Source of the DNA: a virus
Taxonomy: Duplodnaviria > Caudoviricetes
Direction: 5' to 3' (one strand)
Virus record (IMG/VR): IMGVR_UViG_3300037067_022526
Span: 32,001 to 96,000 of that record
DNA length: 64,000 nt
Shown: positions 12,401-20,491 of the stretch, in pieces
Layout: every line of letters begins with the position of its first letter
Numbering within the stretch: the first letter of the stretch is position 1
Made by a program: the position numbers and the translations under genes
The notes under the pieces: model-generated
Database searches by the model: none
Told to the model about the DNA's origin: nothing
The model's input: the letters and a program-made list of their open reading frames with translations, nothing else

Positions 12401-15400
12401 GCTTGTACGCCAAATCATCGAATGTTATATCAAAAAAGAGACAGCGATAAGTGGATTGTGGATACTGCAGATAAAGTATCTGATCGTGTCAAATTCCGAA
12501 AACGAGTTAATTGGTTGGGAGGTGAAGTCCCAGAAAATGTCATTGTTGGTGACAATGAGATTTCCGTAGATCAATATGTTGCCCTCATGGCATATTATGT
12601 AACCGAAGGATATACTCGCAAAGAGAGCAGAACCGCTCGCAAGACTTATAAACAGCCGATATCATTATGCGTATATCAATCTGTAAAAGGCAAGGGATAT
12701 AATGATGTTTGTGAGTTATTCGAATCTCTGCCATACAAATATTCTCATGACGAAAAACACGATTCATTTGCAATTCATAACAAAACATTAGCTATGTATC
12801 TACAAATGGAATGTGGAGATGGCAGTTATAATAAACACTTGCCGGATTGGGTAAAAGAATTGCCAAGACCGTATCTGCAGAAATTATTGCGACACATGAT
12901 TAATGGAGATGGTTCAATTAGAACAAGAGATCGAGGTGAGCCAAAACAATATTATGTGTATTATACTCGTAGTAGGCAATTAAATGCAGACATTCTAGAA
13001 GTTGCGTTAAAGTGTGGATATTGGCCGCGTTATCGATATAGCGAGAAGCGTGGGTATGAACTCGCATTTTCGGATTATGATCTTAACAAAGAAACTTTGC
13101 CGCTTGAATCCAAAAAGTATAAGACCATAACTCGTCTTCCATATAAAGGTAAAGTTTGGTGTGTTACTGTTCCTAATGGATTTATAATCACTGAACGAAA
13201 TGGTAAATTAAGCATCCATTCGAATTCGGGCTACCAAAGTGCTCAGGTTGGTGTTGAAACACTTATTCGACGTATTGAGTCCTGGAGACACACCCTAGCC
13301 GAATGGATACAAGAACGTATATTTAAACCCATAGCTGAAATGCAGGGATTTATTGATAACGAAGAGAGCGAAGAAATAGGAGAATTATCCTTTATATATC
13401 CTGAAATCAAATGGAATGATTTGAATCTAAAAGATAAAACTCAATACTTCCAATTGCTTAACCAATTGCATGACAAACAACTTATTTCTTCTCAAACCTT
13501 ATTAGAAGAGATGGATTTCAAATGGGATCAGGAAGTCAAGCGTATGCGATACGAGCAAGCACAAGCTGGTCCTATGGGTATGGGTGCGGGGCTGGGAGGC
13601 GCAGCCGGTGGTGCCGGTGGTATGCCTTTGGGCGGAGGCGGTGGAGGTGCTGGTGGTCCTCCAATGCCAGGCGAAGGTGCTCCAGGTATGGCAGGTGGCG
13701 TAGGTGGTATGGATATGGGCATGGGTGGTGGAGGTATGCCAGGTGCAATGCCTGCCACAGCAGGAGCTGGTGGCAAAATAATGAAGCCTGGCAAAGAGAA
13801 AAAATTTGAACAGCAGAAAACAGATGGACAAATGATGAATGCCATGCCTGTTAAACTAACAAGTATCGAGCAGAAGGTGGCCGATACCTTAGTTGGTTTA
13901 AGCCAGATGTATCGCATAAACCCGCAGAAAATAAGAGTTCAATTTCCAGTACAAAATCCTCACGGAGGCCCGCCTTATCAGCTAGATTTTGCATTGCCTG
14001 ATTTAAAACTTAATGTCGAGTGCTTATTACCTGGTGCTGTAATAGAAACAGATAATGGATACAAAAAAGTTGAGGATGTTTTATCATCAGATAAATTATT
14101 TGACAAATATGGCAAACATACTAAAATTGTGCATAAATTTGTTCAAGAATATGATGGGGAAGTTGCCAAAATTTGCGCTATAGGAATGTTTAATCTGGAT
14201 GTAACTTCATCGCACAAGTTGTGGATTTCTAAGCCCAAGAAAACCAGAGTAGTTCGCGATGAGCCCCGGATAACACGAACAAGAGAATATTTGCAACCGG
14301 ATATACCACAATTTATATGCGTTAAAGAAGCAGAAGTTGGTGACTATGTAATAATTCCTAAGCGAAAGACCAATAGCACTTCTCGCATTATAAACTTACA
14401 ACAATATATAACTAATAATTGTAAAAAGATTCCAGAGCAAATAAATCTTGATATTAAAACATCTAGATTGCTAGGGATCTATGTTGCTGAGGGATGTGCA
14501 TCTGATAGCGGCTCAATTGTATTTTCGTTTTCAGAAAATGAAAAGGATTACATTAATGAGACAGAAACATTGATGGATGAAATTTTTGGAATTAAATTAG
14601 GAAAGATTTATTTTGGAAAGGGAGCAGCGCGGGTATATTTTCAGAGCACTCCATTATCTAAGTTCTTCAATGAAGTATGTGGTAAGTATGCTAGAAATAA
14701 AAAAGTTCCTAGTATGATGTTTAATACCAGTGAAGAAAACATTAAATCCTTTATTCAAGGAGTGATGGATGGAGACGGGTGCATGCGGAATGAGTCGGAA
14801 TGGCGTATTCAGACATCTTCAAAATCATTAGCTTTGGGTATACAGCAACTTTGTGCTACTATTGGAATCTGGGCACCTATTGTTATTAGTAGGATTGATG
14901 GGACATATAATATTCGAGGGCGAAGTGGTATTCAACATTCGCTTTTTGAAATTACAATAAATTGGAATCCACGAAAGAGAAGATATCGCGAAGATGATGA
15001 TTATTTCTATATTCCAATTAGAAAAATAATATTTTCGTCATACAGTGGAATTAGATATAATTTCGAAACAGAAGACCATTCTTATTGTGTAAATAACATG
15101 GTTTCAAAAAATTGCGATGGTGACATATGGCACAGTAATCCTGAGCAGGCGTCCGATGATCAGAAACGAGATAATACTTTAGCCCAACGCGGATGGACTG
15201 TTTTACGGTTTGATGATAAGGCAATTGAAGAGACCCCACAAGCAGTGAGAAATACTATCGGTAAATTTATTAACGCGATTCTAGAAAGCAAAAAATCGAA
15301 AACTGCATCTACCGATGAATTTGGTGCTGCAAAGTTATATACTGCTAAATCAGGAGAGATCTATGATTTAAGGGACGAATATAATAAATTCGTTAAAACG

Positions 15401-15502
15401 AAATTTTCCGGGGAATCCTTCGGAGGCGATGCTCAACAACAAGAATCGTCGTTTTCTAAAGCTAAATATACCTCAGTTAAAAGTGAGGAGTTTAAACAGT
15501 AA
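6491..15502 (+). CDS. Portal protein with six inteins and a C-terminal DUF559/Vsr-like nuclease domain
   Basis: Joined exteins (about 791 aa) read REIYQW-CRFFYD-SEPKVAAAIDFY-SRFP...YGTSLIRR...IFKPIAE...IKWNDLNL, which is portal-like; lies upstream of protease and capsid genes; C-terminus LDFALPDLKLNVE-CDGDIWH...RDNTLAQRGWTVLRF. Confidence 0.8.
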   Translation: MGNIILPDDPNWKQPLIMGDPFEQGLTPKSAQEKRNKEFDKQRESEGNVFKYANSAVAHHPEPWLKNAQVTGVSNMMTNPMWFSPLHTPQNWQIASKRREIYQWSYVTSDKNPCYLVNYGDFSLDDIKNVYTKWQNNFADRGKMYIQNDKGKKAKPDICTKRYVEKKANRIKVLGNPHPIEVTHDHKCIVIKREDVKCPKGISRSKNCIFQACSPTCERVKCKDYENKNYNISTINAEDVKKGDYVLCPFPTEVKESIIKTKEQARFAGHLASDGWISQNNFPITNVCMHPDETEYVLSSVSPVFESFGAVVKQESFGNNKVVVVRSGKKSLHEYSSKLVKGKNTDKHFTEEVMLLNPELQKHVLGAYIQSDGSFNKTIEQIEITTVSKHLAYQLQIMCYRNKILAFCSKQPRRQGKGSFKTTNLEYYIVSIPKTFVYTLQDYVPGKIPERIYKPQQKLGGSSGVNFIKNGKNISRIYNRFFWKNYVVTPVVSNTSFDYKGDVYDIRVPPTHAITANGIAIHQCRFFYDCFTPDNLVLMANGTEKSISQIVPGDMIVAGDGSIQQVNNVFRRWTKEKVLSIHVAGSNIPIKCTTNHRIPRVSKESWQQSCETTPSERRKRERKESFGETSLEETFDSADTLSTSSYLFTPQSSIGTGMGWDLRKCYLLGAFTAEGSYFYYNYKPTNKHTPKGVRFSINSNEIGDENKFGNRIQNYLSIFQNHKVSTTYNGNCAEIRATDKNLANEIMEFCGHGATQKSITGQFISQANKEELLSFLAGFIDGDGCYSTTMGCQIITHSDDLASQIAFICEKLGITFSTTTTNNIRKNNNFKGHNIRISRFACEILKPYSVKINNLDTNHTKFREYLFINNKLYRKVNKISESTYEGWVYDLEIDKVHSYCVNRCVVHNSEPKVAAAIDFYCFTPDTQILMSDGTQKSISSIMPGEIVRSHTGKANKVLRTFSRQSSEDILKITYAGVLCGKLKLTLGHKVLTEKNGEIKYVQAQELQVGDYLLTPCGYDAEGEWENGLVDDFAYLVGVYAAEGCGMPYEHISNRGRIISYYKGVKFAISQEEQSFCDTIVEKIKILYGDCKISLVPDKNSKKLEIRVYGRSIADDLIGICPGTSSDGTKRIIPHIIKNWNARQMASFVSGFYDGDGCYQNNAPTVGLGVCKRLLEQVANILDRLGIEYTFAKRRPTGLGRQQVYIVSIPRREMPKFTHLSAKKIIWNSYNQHFRRNWSIFKKGKYVYRAIIKIEQSPYDGALYDMEVENDHSYVVNRISVSNSRFPMNGFKLECKDPKILKFFEHKAAKRLSLNENCKMISSECHMLGDVFIHMDVECPVCQGIGVNPDSGEICNHPGGNFKKMRILNPDWIEVQQNIMADEPSIVFVPDEELKRIVFYKQPKNIYDRIPNAIKSLVLQNKPIPLSNRTTSHLKYMPVPYGTYGTSLIRRLFTTLAYKTKIMTANWIVAERLILPVRVVQIGSDDRPATSADIADVQQQLAATANDPNLTIVTHHNFKYEWYGACHDDQTEVLTDTGFKTYDQVDITKDKICIYNLEENKTECIYATDKYVYDYDGEMIHFHNRRLDILVTPNHKMLYRWSNKDSWKTEEASELKCSTRLLGAAKFEGFIKSGGSIYAKEDKYYVRIGDSSIELSKFCKFIGYYLSEGTLNNKKSNYHVAIYQNTSKECFSDIEDTMSDMGFHVTEYADNRNPDDCRFIISNKELVTFINEHFKHGSLNKTIPNWIKNLPRNYLKLIFNSMINGDGYRHPTVNTESFTYTTVSKSLADDIQEIAFKCGYSTCIRKAKKPDYKSFGKNTIYRVHISMGKFSNGSYPIVREKDITRVPYKGKVWCFTVPTGFFVTRRNGKITIQGNSGKILQITQEMEYIGKEILDGFMLNQSLLNGEMCIPETDKMLTKSGLKNLNQIDKDDEIATFNKETGMLEYQKPTEIHVYDWNDDLIHFRTDRIDFACTPNHRMLYQKRDSDKWIVDTADKVSDRVKFRKRVNWLGGEVPENVIVGDNEISVDQYVALMAYYVTEGYTRKESRTARKTYKQPISLCVYQSVKGKGYNDVCELFESLPYKYSHDEKHDSFAIHNKTLAMYLQMECGDGSYNKHLPDWVKELPRPYLQKLLRHMINGDGSIRTRDRGEPKQYYVYYTRSRQLNADILEVALKCGYWPRYRYSEKRGYELAFSDYDLNKETLPLESKKYKTITRLPYKGKVWCVTVPNGFIITERNGKLSIHSNSGYQSAQVGVETLIRRIESWRHTLAEWIQERIFKPIAEMQGFIDNEESEEIGELSFIYPEIKWNDLNLKDKTQYFQLLNQLHDKQLISSQTLLEEMDFKWDQEVKRMRYEQAQAGPMGMGAGLGGAAGGAGGMPLGGGGGGAGGPPMPGEGAPGMAGGVGGMDMGMGGGGMPGAMPATAGAGGKIMKPGKEKKFEQQKTDGQMMNAMPVKLTSIEQKVADTLVGLSQMYRINPQKIRVQFPVQNPHGGPPYQLDFALPDLKLNVECLLPGAVIETDNGYKKVEDVLSSDKLFDKYGKHTKIVHKFVQEYDGEVAKICAIGMFNLDVTSSHKLWISKPKKTRVVRDEPRITRTREYLQPDIPQFICVKEAEVGDYVIIPKRKTNSTSRIINLQQYITNNCKKIPEQINLDIKTSRLLGIYVAEGCASDSGSIVFSFSENEKDYINETETLMDEIFGIKLGKIYFGKGAARVYFQSTPLSKFFNEVCGKYARNKKVPSMMFNTSEENIKSFIQGVMDGDGCMRNESEWRIQTSSKSLALGIQQLCATIGIWAPIVISRIDGTYNIRGRSGIQHSLFEITINWNPRKRRYREDDDYFYIPIRKIIFSSYSGIRYNFETEDHSYCVNNMVSKNCDGDIWHSNPEQASDDQKRDNTLAQRGWTVLRFDDKAIEETPQAVRNTIGKFINAILESKKSKTASTDEFGAAKLYTAKSGEIYDLRDEYNKFVKTKFSGESFGGDAQQQESSFSKAKYTSVKSEEFKQ
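6803..8059 (+). mobile_element. Intein 1 with LAGLIDADG endonuclease (Ser start, His-Gln end)
   Basis: Block B VTHDH; GHLASDG and GAYIQSDG; ends VYDIRV...GIAIHQ/C. Confidence 0.8.
8078..9214 (+). mobile_element. Intein 2 with LAGLIDADG endonuclease
   Basis: CFTPDNLVLMANG...TTNH...FLAGFIDGDG...VVHN/S. Confidence 0.92.
9251..10336 (+). mobile_element. Intein 3 with LAGLIDADG endonuclease
   Basis: CFTPDTQILMSDG...TLGH...FVSGFYDGDG...ISVSN/S. Confidence 0.9.
11063..12112 (+). mobile_element. Intein 4 with LAGLIDADG endonuclease
   Basis: CHDDQTEVLT...TPNH...GYYLSEG...MINGDG...ITIQGN/S. Confidence 0.9.
12212..13225 (+). mobile_element. Intein 5 with LAGLIDADG endonuclease
   Basis: CIPETDKMLT...TPNH...YYVTEG...MINGDG...SIHSN/S. 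Confidence 0.9.
14021..15112 (+). mobile_element. Intein 6 with LAGLIDADG endonuclease, inside the Vsr-like domain
   Basis: CLLPGAVIET...TSSH...GIYVAEG...GVMDGDG...MVSKN/C. Confidence 0.9.
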
Positions 15503-15771
15503 ACTACTCCAGTCTAAAGACCGGGAGCTTGTGAGTGATGGAACACAACGTAAGAGTTTACTAGACTAAGAAGAAAGGAGACTATTATTCTACGTTAAGA
15601 GAACTACAATCACCCCGGAACGCCACCCTAATTCCAGGCTCTGAGCTAGAACCATTTAATAGCACGTTATTCTAGTTAATAGCTAAGTTTTCTTAACATT
15701 GTCGAAGGGTAGTATATTAGAGGTTTTCATAGCACCCACTTATCGTAAAGCTATGAAATTTTGGAGTTTAT
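15499..15771 (+). ncRNA. omegaRNA scaffold of IsrB
   Basis: About 270-nt non-coding stretch directly upstream of a PLMP-RuvC ORF, starting with the typical IS-end hairpin; 3' end approximate. Confidence 0.7.
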
Positions 15772-16806
15772 ATGTTTTTCGTACCAGTAGTAGATCAGAA
15801 CAATAATCCACTAATGCCTACAACTTTATTAAGAGCTAAGAGATGGGTTAATTCTGGCAAAGCTACTCCATTCTATAAGAAAGGTATATTTTGTGCTAGA
15901 CTCAACGTAAAGACACCAAACACTCATAAACAAGAAATTGTGGTAGGCATCGATCCTGGCTCTAAACGAGAAGCCTACACAATTAAATCAGAAGCTCACA
16001 CTTATCTAAATATTCTAACAGAAACGCCTGACTGGGTTAAAGATGCTGTAGAGCGACGTAGGAACATGCGTAGAGCTAGAAGATTCAGAAACACACGTTA
16101 TCGTGAAGCCAGGTTTGATAACAGAAAATCAAAGAAATTAGCCCCTAGCACAAAAGCCAGATGGCAACTCAAATTAAATATATGTAAGTGGCTAGAGAAA
16201 ATTTTCCCAATAACACACTATGTAGTAGAAGATATTAAAGCTAAGACTTGGAAGAATGCCAAGAAATGGAATGTAAGTTTCTCTCCATTAGAAGTAGGCA
16301 AACAGTGGTTCTATGAAGAAATAAAACAACTAGGCATCTTAGAAACCAAGCAGGGATATGAAACCAAAGAATTAAGAGATAATGCTGGTTTGAAAAAAAG
16401 TAGTTCTAAGCTAGACGATAAATTTGAGTGCCACAATGTAGATAGTTGGGTATTGGCTAACTGGTTAGTAGGTGGGCACGTAAAACCAGATAACACTTCT
16501 ATTATTAAGCTAGTACCTCTTAGGTTTCATAGAAGACAATTGCACGCTTTGCAACCTTCGACTGGTGGAGCAAGGAAACCTTATGGTAGTACTAGGAGTT
16601 TGGGGTTAAAACGAGGTAGTTTAGTTAAACATAAAAAGTATGGTTTGTGCTACGTTGGTGGTACAATGAACGACAGGATTAGCGTGCATTCATTGAACGG
16701 TGGTAAGAGGCTGGCTCAGAATGTGAGGGTGGAAGATTGTGAATTTAGAACTTATTTAAGCGAAAGGAGAAGTCGTCTTCCCTCTACGGGGGTTAAATCT
16801 CTGTAG
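15772..16806 (+). CDS. isrB: IsrB RNA-guided nickase (IscB-like, no HNH)
   Basis: N-terminal PLMP; RuvC-I GIDPGSK; Arg-rich bridge helix RRNMRRARR; RuvC-II VVEDI; RuvC-III HNVDS; 344 aa with no HNH insert. Confidence 0.85.
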   Translation: MFFVPVVDQNNNPLMPTTLLRAKRWVNSGKATPFYKKGIFCARLNVKTPNTHKQEIVVGIDPGSKREAYTIKSEAHTYLNILTETPDWVKDAVERRRNMRRARRFRNTRYREARFDNRKSKKLAPSTKARWQLKLNICKWLEKIFPITHYVVEDIKAKTWKNAKKWNVSFSPLEVGKQWFYEEIKQLGILETKQGYETKELRDNAGLKKSSSKLDDKFECHNVDSWVLANWLVGGHVKPDNTSIIKLVPLRFHRRQLHALQPSTGGARKPYGSTRSLGLKRGSLVKHKKYGLCYVGGTMNDRISVHSLNGGKRLAQNVRVEDCEFRTYLSERRSRLPSTGVKSL

Positions 16807-16825
16807 TTTCTAGACGGCGATTTTT

Positions 16826-17233
16826 ATGATTATAATTGAAGCCGGGCGCAGACGAATTAAAGATAAAGGAATTAAGTGGAGTGAAGACTACGGCGAAAAA
16901 TCCGAAGAAGTAAAAAAGCGGTTCGAGAAAATTTTGCCTGGATCTTATTTTAGGTGGGTCGGCAAGGACTATGAAGATGCCTGCATGAGATATGTTGTGG
17001 TTGGACCCGCTATTTCAAAACGCGAAGGCAAAGCATTTTTTGCTGGCAATAAGAAGATGCCTAATAATCCCAAGAAGAAAGCATTCAGCCCGTCGGGAAA
17101 GTATTTTCCTACTCTTGGTTCTGCCCTGAGATATGCAAATGATATGTGGGGAGTTTCAATGCCCAAAAATGCTGGTAAATATACTCGTATAGATTTACAA
17201 GGTATTGATATACCAAAACACGTTAAGGGATAA
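16826..17233 (+). CDS. Hypothetical basic protein
   Basis: 135-aa ORF starting exactly at the right junction of the element. Confidence 0.7.
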   Translation: MIIIEAGRRRIKDKGIKWSEDYGEKSEEVKKRFEKILPGSYFRWVGKDYEDACMRYVVVGPAISKREGKAFFAGNKKMPNNPKKKAFSPSGKYFPTLGSALRYANDMWGVSMPKNAGKYTRIDLQGIDIPKHVKG

Positions 17234-17269
17234 GCAGGATTTGACAGTATTTGTTAGGTATAGAATATC

Positions 17270-20200
17270 ATGGCTCAACAGAATGAAAATTTCAAAAAAT
17301 ATTTAATTAATGAGGGAATGTCTCGCATATCATCCAAGATGCGAAAGATAGCATCCAAGTTAAAAAATGCAGATGTTAAGTCTATCTTATTAAAGGAAGC
17401 AGACGATCGGCTTAGCAAATTGTCGGCCCTTTCCAAAGAAAGTATGGCGTGGAATACCGGATACACCGGACTTGATTCTGCAACCGTAAATCTTGAATGG
17501 CAAATGCCTAACTTGGGCGATAAGGCACAAAAGATTAAAGCAGCCATTGAAGAAAAATTTATGCCTTACATGAAAGCAGATTTGATTGGGGCGTCCGGTA
17601 AAAAGCGACAACATAAAGTCCAGGGCGGATTTGTAGTTGAAAATTTAGACCCTGAAACTGGAAATATAGTTCCAGAGTTTAATCCTACTTTAGTGATGCG
17701 GTTTTTGTATCGCAGAAATATAGTTCCAATGCAAAAAGAAGATGCTGAATCAAATAATCGAGCCACAGAGGCCATTTCAACTGTCGATCAGTTTTTACAG
17801 CAATCCGGGGTATCGGACTACTCGCTGATGGACTTTATTCGAACACTTGAAAACGAAGATGTCGGATTAACTGCATATTTTCACACCTCACAAGGGAGCG
17901 CTGAGAAAGGTCTTAATTTTTCTCATTCTGAATTGAGGGCCTTTTTTGATGACCAGAAAAATAAATCGTCGCAGTATGGCATGTTGCCTGGAAACATAAA
18001 TTCAAGGTATTTCTTTGCTCAACATGCTGAGAGAAATCGAGTTTATGAATCAGATAGTACTAACCCTTCCGGCTCTATATTTTTATCTAGAACGAAAGAA
18101 TATAGAAGACGATTTCCGATAGAGTCAGTAGACCAAATCAAATTGCCCAGTGATTTAATGCGGGCTATTGCTCGTAAAGTTCGAGATGGATTCGCATTAA
18201 ATGCCAATACTCTTTGGCGTGATATTCAAACAACTCAAAGTAAATATATTGAAAAAATGGGGATTCAAGATCCTACTGCTATGCAATCTCATTATCGACA
18301 AATGTTTGACCGTATTAACAAAACATTTTATGATGGTATGAGAGAGCAAAAAGCACAGAAAGGGGATCCTGCTGTTGAGGATGATTTTACATGGGGAAAA
18401 ACACCACATGGTTATCGACAAGGGTTAGTGGCTACTAGAACTGGCAAGGCATATAAGTCCGAGCTTACAGTAGAAGAACTGCGATTAATGTTAAAAAATT
18501 GTACGTCGGATATGCTTGACTATTATAAATCAGTTACACAGCCCCAAAATACGGATCAAGTAGAGTCACAATTTTCATCTGAATATGCTCCGTTTCTTGG
18601 GGTCAAAGATCCACAACAACGGGATGAGATTAGAAACTCTTTTACGGTGCCAAAACACAAAATGAATTATTCTAGTAATGGCATGGATACAGACCCAACA
18701 ACTGCGGCCGGGGTTAGGACTTTGGCTATTCCTGCATTAAGGAAACTACCACCAACCAATTTTAACGATGGAACAATTATTTTTGACAGAGACAATGGGA
18801 ATTTGGGCCGTCAACAAATAACCAAAAACTGGATAAATCCCAGCGGTGGTGGATTATCGCGGATAGTCATAGAATTCGGTCCTTGGGCCACAAAAGTATT
18901 GCAATCATTATCTCAACAAACAGATTTCTTTAAAAACAAACCATATACTGCTGGTGCTGCAAGGGCTATTTCGATATTCAATCGGACCAATGCGGAATCA
19001 GTGTTTGATGTAATCAGAGAATACCAAAATGATTGGAATAGATTTAAATCTGAATATCTCGGACAGTCTTTTGTTAATGAATTGAGACTTTACTATAAAT
19101 ATTTGTCGTCTAAAGATCCAAATCCAGTAAAGGATGCTATTTCGCAGTATCAAAAAACCGGTGATTGGAATGAATTTTCCAGAGCAGTCCGACATTTAAT
19201 TCCAACCAAAGATACCGATGTATCAACCACAATGGACGAGAATGGATTCAGGACATTTTGTCAATATGGATATCAAATTGCCAAATTAATGGATTATGTA
19301 TCATGCTTAATGAATGCTGCATGTTTAGAACAGCTCGAAAGCAGATTAGATAAAAAGAAAAAGGATCCATCTCCGGTAGCAGAACAAATATTTGGGCGAA
19401 AATATTCATCGAGTTCAGGAAAAGGTAATGGCGGTCAGGTGATGATAGGCATTCGGTATGCCTATAATGCCCCAGAAGTTGTAGATGAAAATGAAATAAA
19501 TCCAGATGGTTTCGAATATGGCAAGCATGTAATGAATCTAATCAAAATAGAAAGAAAAAGAAGGCACGATGCCTATCGCATCAAAGGTCCGACTTACAGA
19601 CAAACATCTCACTGGGAAAATCTTGGACAGAAGTCAATTGATACAGGTGAGACCACGGTTCCTGTGGGCGAACACTTGCCATTACCAGGGCAAACCCAAG
19701 AAATGCAAGTTAATCCTATGATAGAACCCACCACAAAAGTAATCAAAGTAGTTGAGAACCTTGAGTATTTCATTGGTGAGGCCGGCAGTGCCGAGGGCAT
19801 GTTGAGGGATCTTGAGAGAGGTACCGACTGGAATAAAGTGCTAGATAGTTTTCTTCGTCGATATCCTAATCTTGAAAGCAGTATTAATGTTTTAATTTCG
19901 CCCATCAACGCCAGATTTGATCTTCTAGAAGTTGCCGCCAAGAAAGCCATAGATAATGTCAGAAAACAGTTGGAGAAGGAAATTGAAACGTCTGGGCAGC
20001 AAGTTGCTGTTGAGGTAATCGTTCATCACGATGATGGCCGAGAGGAAGTTTTATCAACTGATAAAATTGATTCTGATGTCCAACAACTACAATCGCAGGA
20101 CATTGAAATTCCTCAAGGATTCGATGAAACAACAGAGATTCCTGCTGCACCCGTTGAGGATACTGGGAAATATGAAACAGGCATACCAAGCGAAGTTACA

Positions 20201-20491
20201 TCGACACCAGCAGCTCAGCCACCAGTTCCATCTCCACAAGAACCAGCGGAAATGCTTCCTACTCCCATACAGCAACCCCAATCTCCAATACCGGGGTCAG
20301 GCGGAAAGGTTAAAAAACCAGATGGTAGGCAGTTAAAGAAACCAAATGTCAATAGAGGTTTTGGTCCTACGGGTTCTGTATTTCAACGGATGAGTAAAAT
20401 AGCATCCGAGCTAGACCGCAGAGGACTAGATGTATTAGCAGATAAAATTGACTTCATCAATTCCGAGTTGCAGAGAATCGCGAGGAAATAA
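17270..20491 (+). CDS. Large hypothetical virion protein
   Basis: 1073 aa; KIAS motifs at both ends; C-terminal KIASELDRRGLDVLADKID. Confidence 0.7.
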   Translation: MAQQNENFKKYLINEGMSRISSKMRKIASKLKNADVKSILLKEADDRLSKLSALSKESMAWNTGYTGLDSATVNLEWQMPNLGDKAQKIKAAIEEKFMPYMKADLIGASGKKRQHKVQGGFVVENLDPETGNIVPEFNPTLVMRFLYRRNIVPMQKEDAESNNRATEAISTVDQFLQQSGVSDYSLMDFIRTLENEDVGLTAYFHTSQGSAEKGLNFSHSELRAFFDDQKNKSSQYGMLPGNINSRYFFAQHAERNRVYESDSTNPSGSIFLSRTKEYRRRFPIESVDQIKLPSDLMRAIARKVRDGFALNANTLWRDIQTTQSKYIEKMGIQDPTAMQSHYRQMFDRINKTFYDGMREQKAQKGDPAVEDDFTWGKTPHGYRQGLVATRTGKAYKSELTVEELRLMLKNCTSDMLDYYKSVTQPQNTDQVESQFSSEYAPFLGVKDPQQRDEIRNSFTVPKHKMNYSSNGMDTDPTTAAGVRTLAIPALRKLPPTNFNDGTIIFDRDNGNLGRQQITKNWINPSGGGLSRIVIEFGPWATKVLQSLSQQTDFFKNKPYTAGAARAISIFNRTNAESVFDVIREYQNDWNRFKSEYLGQSFVNELRLYYKYLSSKDPNPVKDAISQYQKTGDWNEFSRAVRHLIPTKDTDVSTTMDENGFRTFCQYGYQIAKLMDYVSCLMNAACLEQLESRLDKKKKDPSPVAEQIFGRKYSSSSGKGNGGQVMIGIRYAYNAPEVVDENEINPDGFEYGKHVMNLIKIERKRRHDAYRIKGPTYRQTSHWENLGQKSIDTGETTVPVGEHLPLPGQTQEMQVNPMIEPTTKVIKVVENLEYFIGEAGSAEGMLRDLERGTDWNKVLDSFLRRYPNLESSINVLISPINARFDLLEVAAKKAIDNVRKQLEKEIETSGQQVAVEVIVHHDDGREEVLSTDKIDSDVQQLQSQDIEIPQGFDETTEIPAAPVEDTGKYETGIPSEVTSTPAAQPPVPSPQEPAEMLPTPIQQPQSPIPGSGGKVKKPDGRQLKKPNVNRGFGPTGSVFQRMSKIASELDRRGLDVLADKIDFINSELQRIARK

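Larger units (their letters stand above)
15499..16825 (+). mobile_element. Non-autonomous IS200/IS605-family element carrying IsrB
   Basis: Left-end hairpin GTAAACTACTCCAGTCTAAAGACCGGGAGCTTG; right-end hairpin near 16780-16810; removing the element rejoins GAGGAG-N8-ATGA. Confidence 0.8.

Noticed and set aside
15772-16806. IscB or Cas9 call
   Set aside because: No HNH domain between RuvC-II and RuvC-III and only 344 aa; fits IsrB
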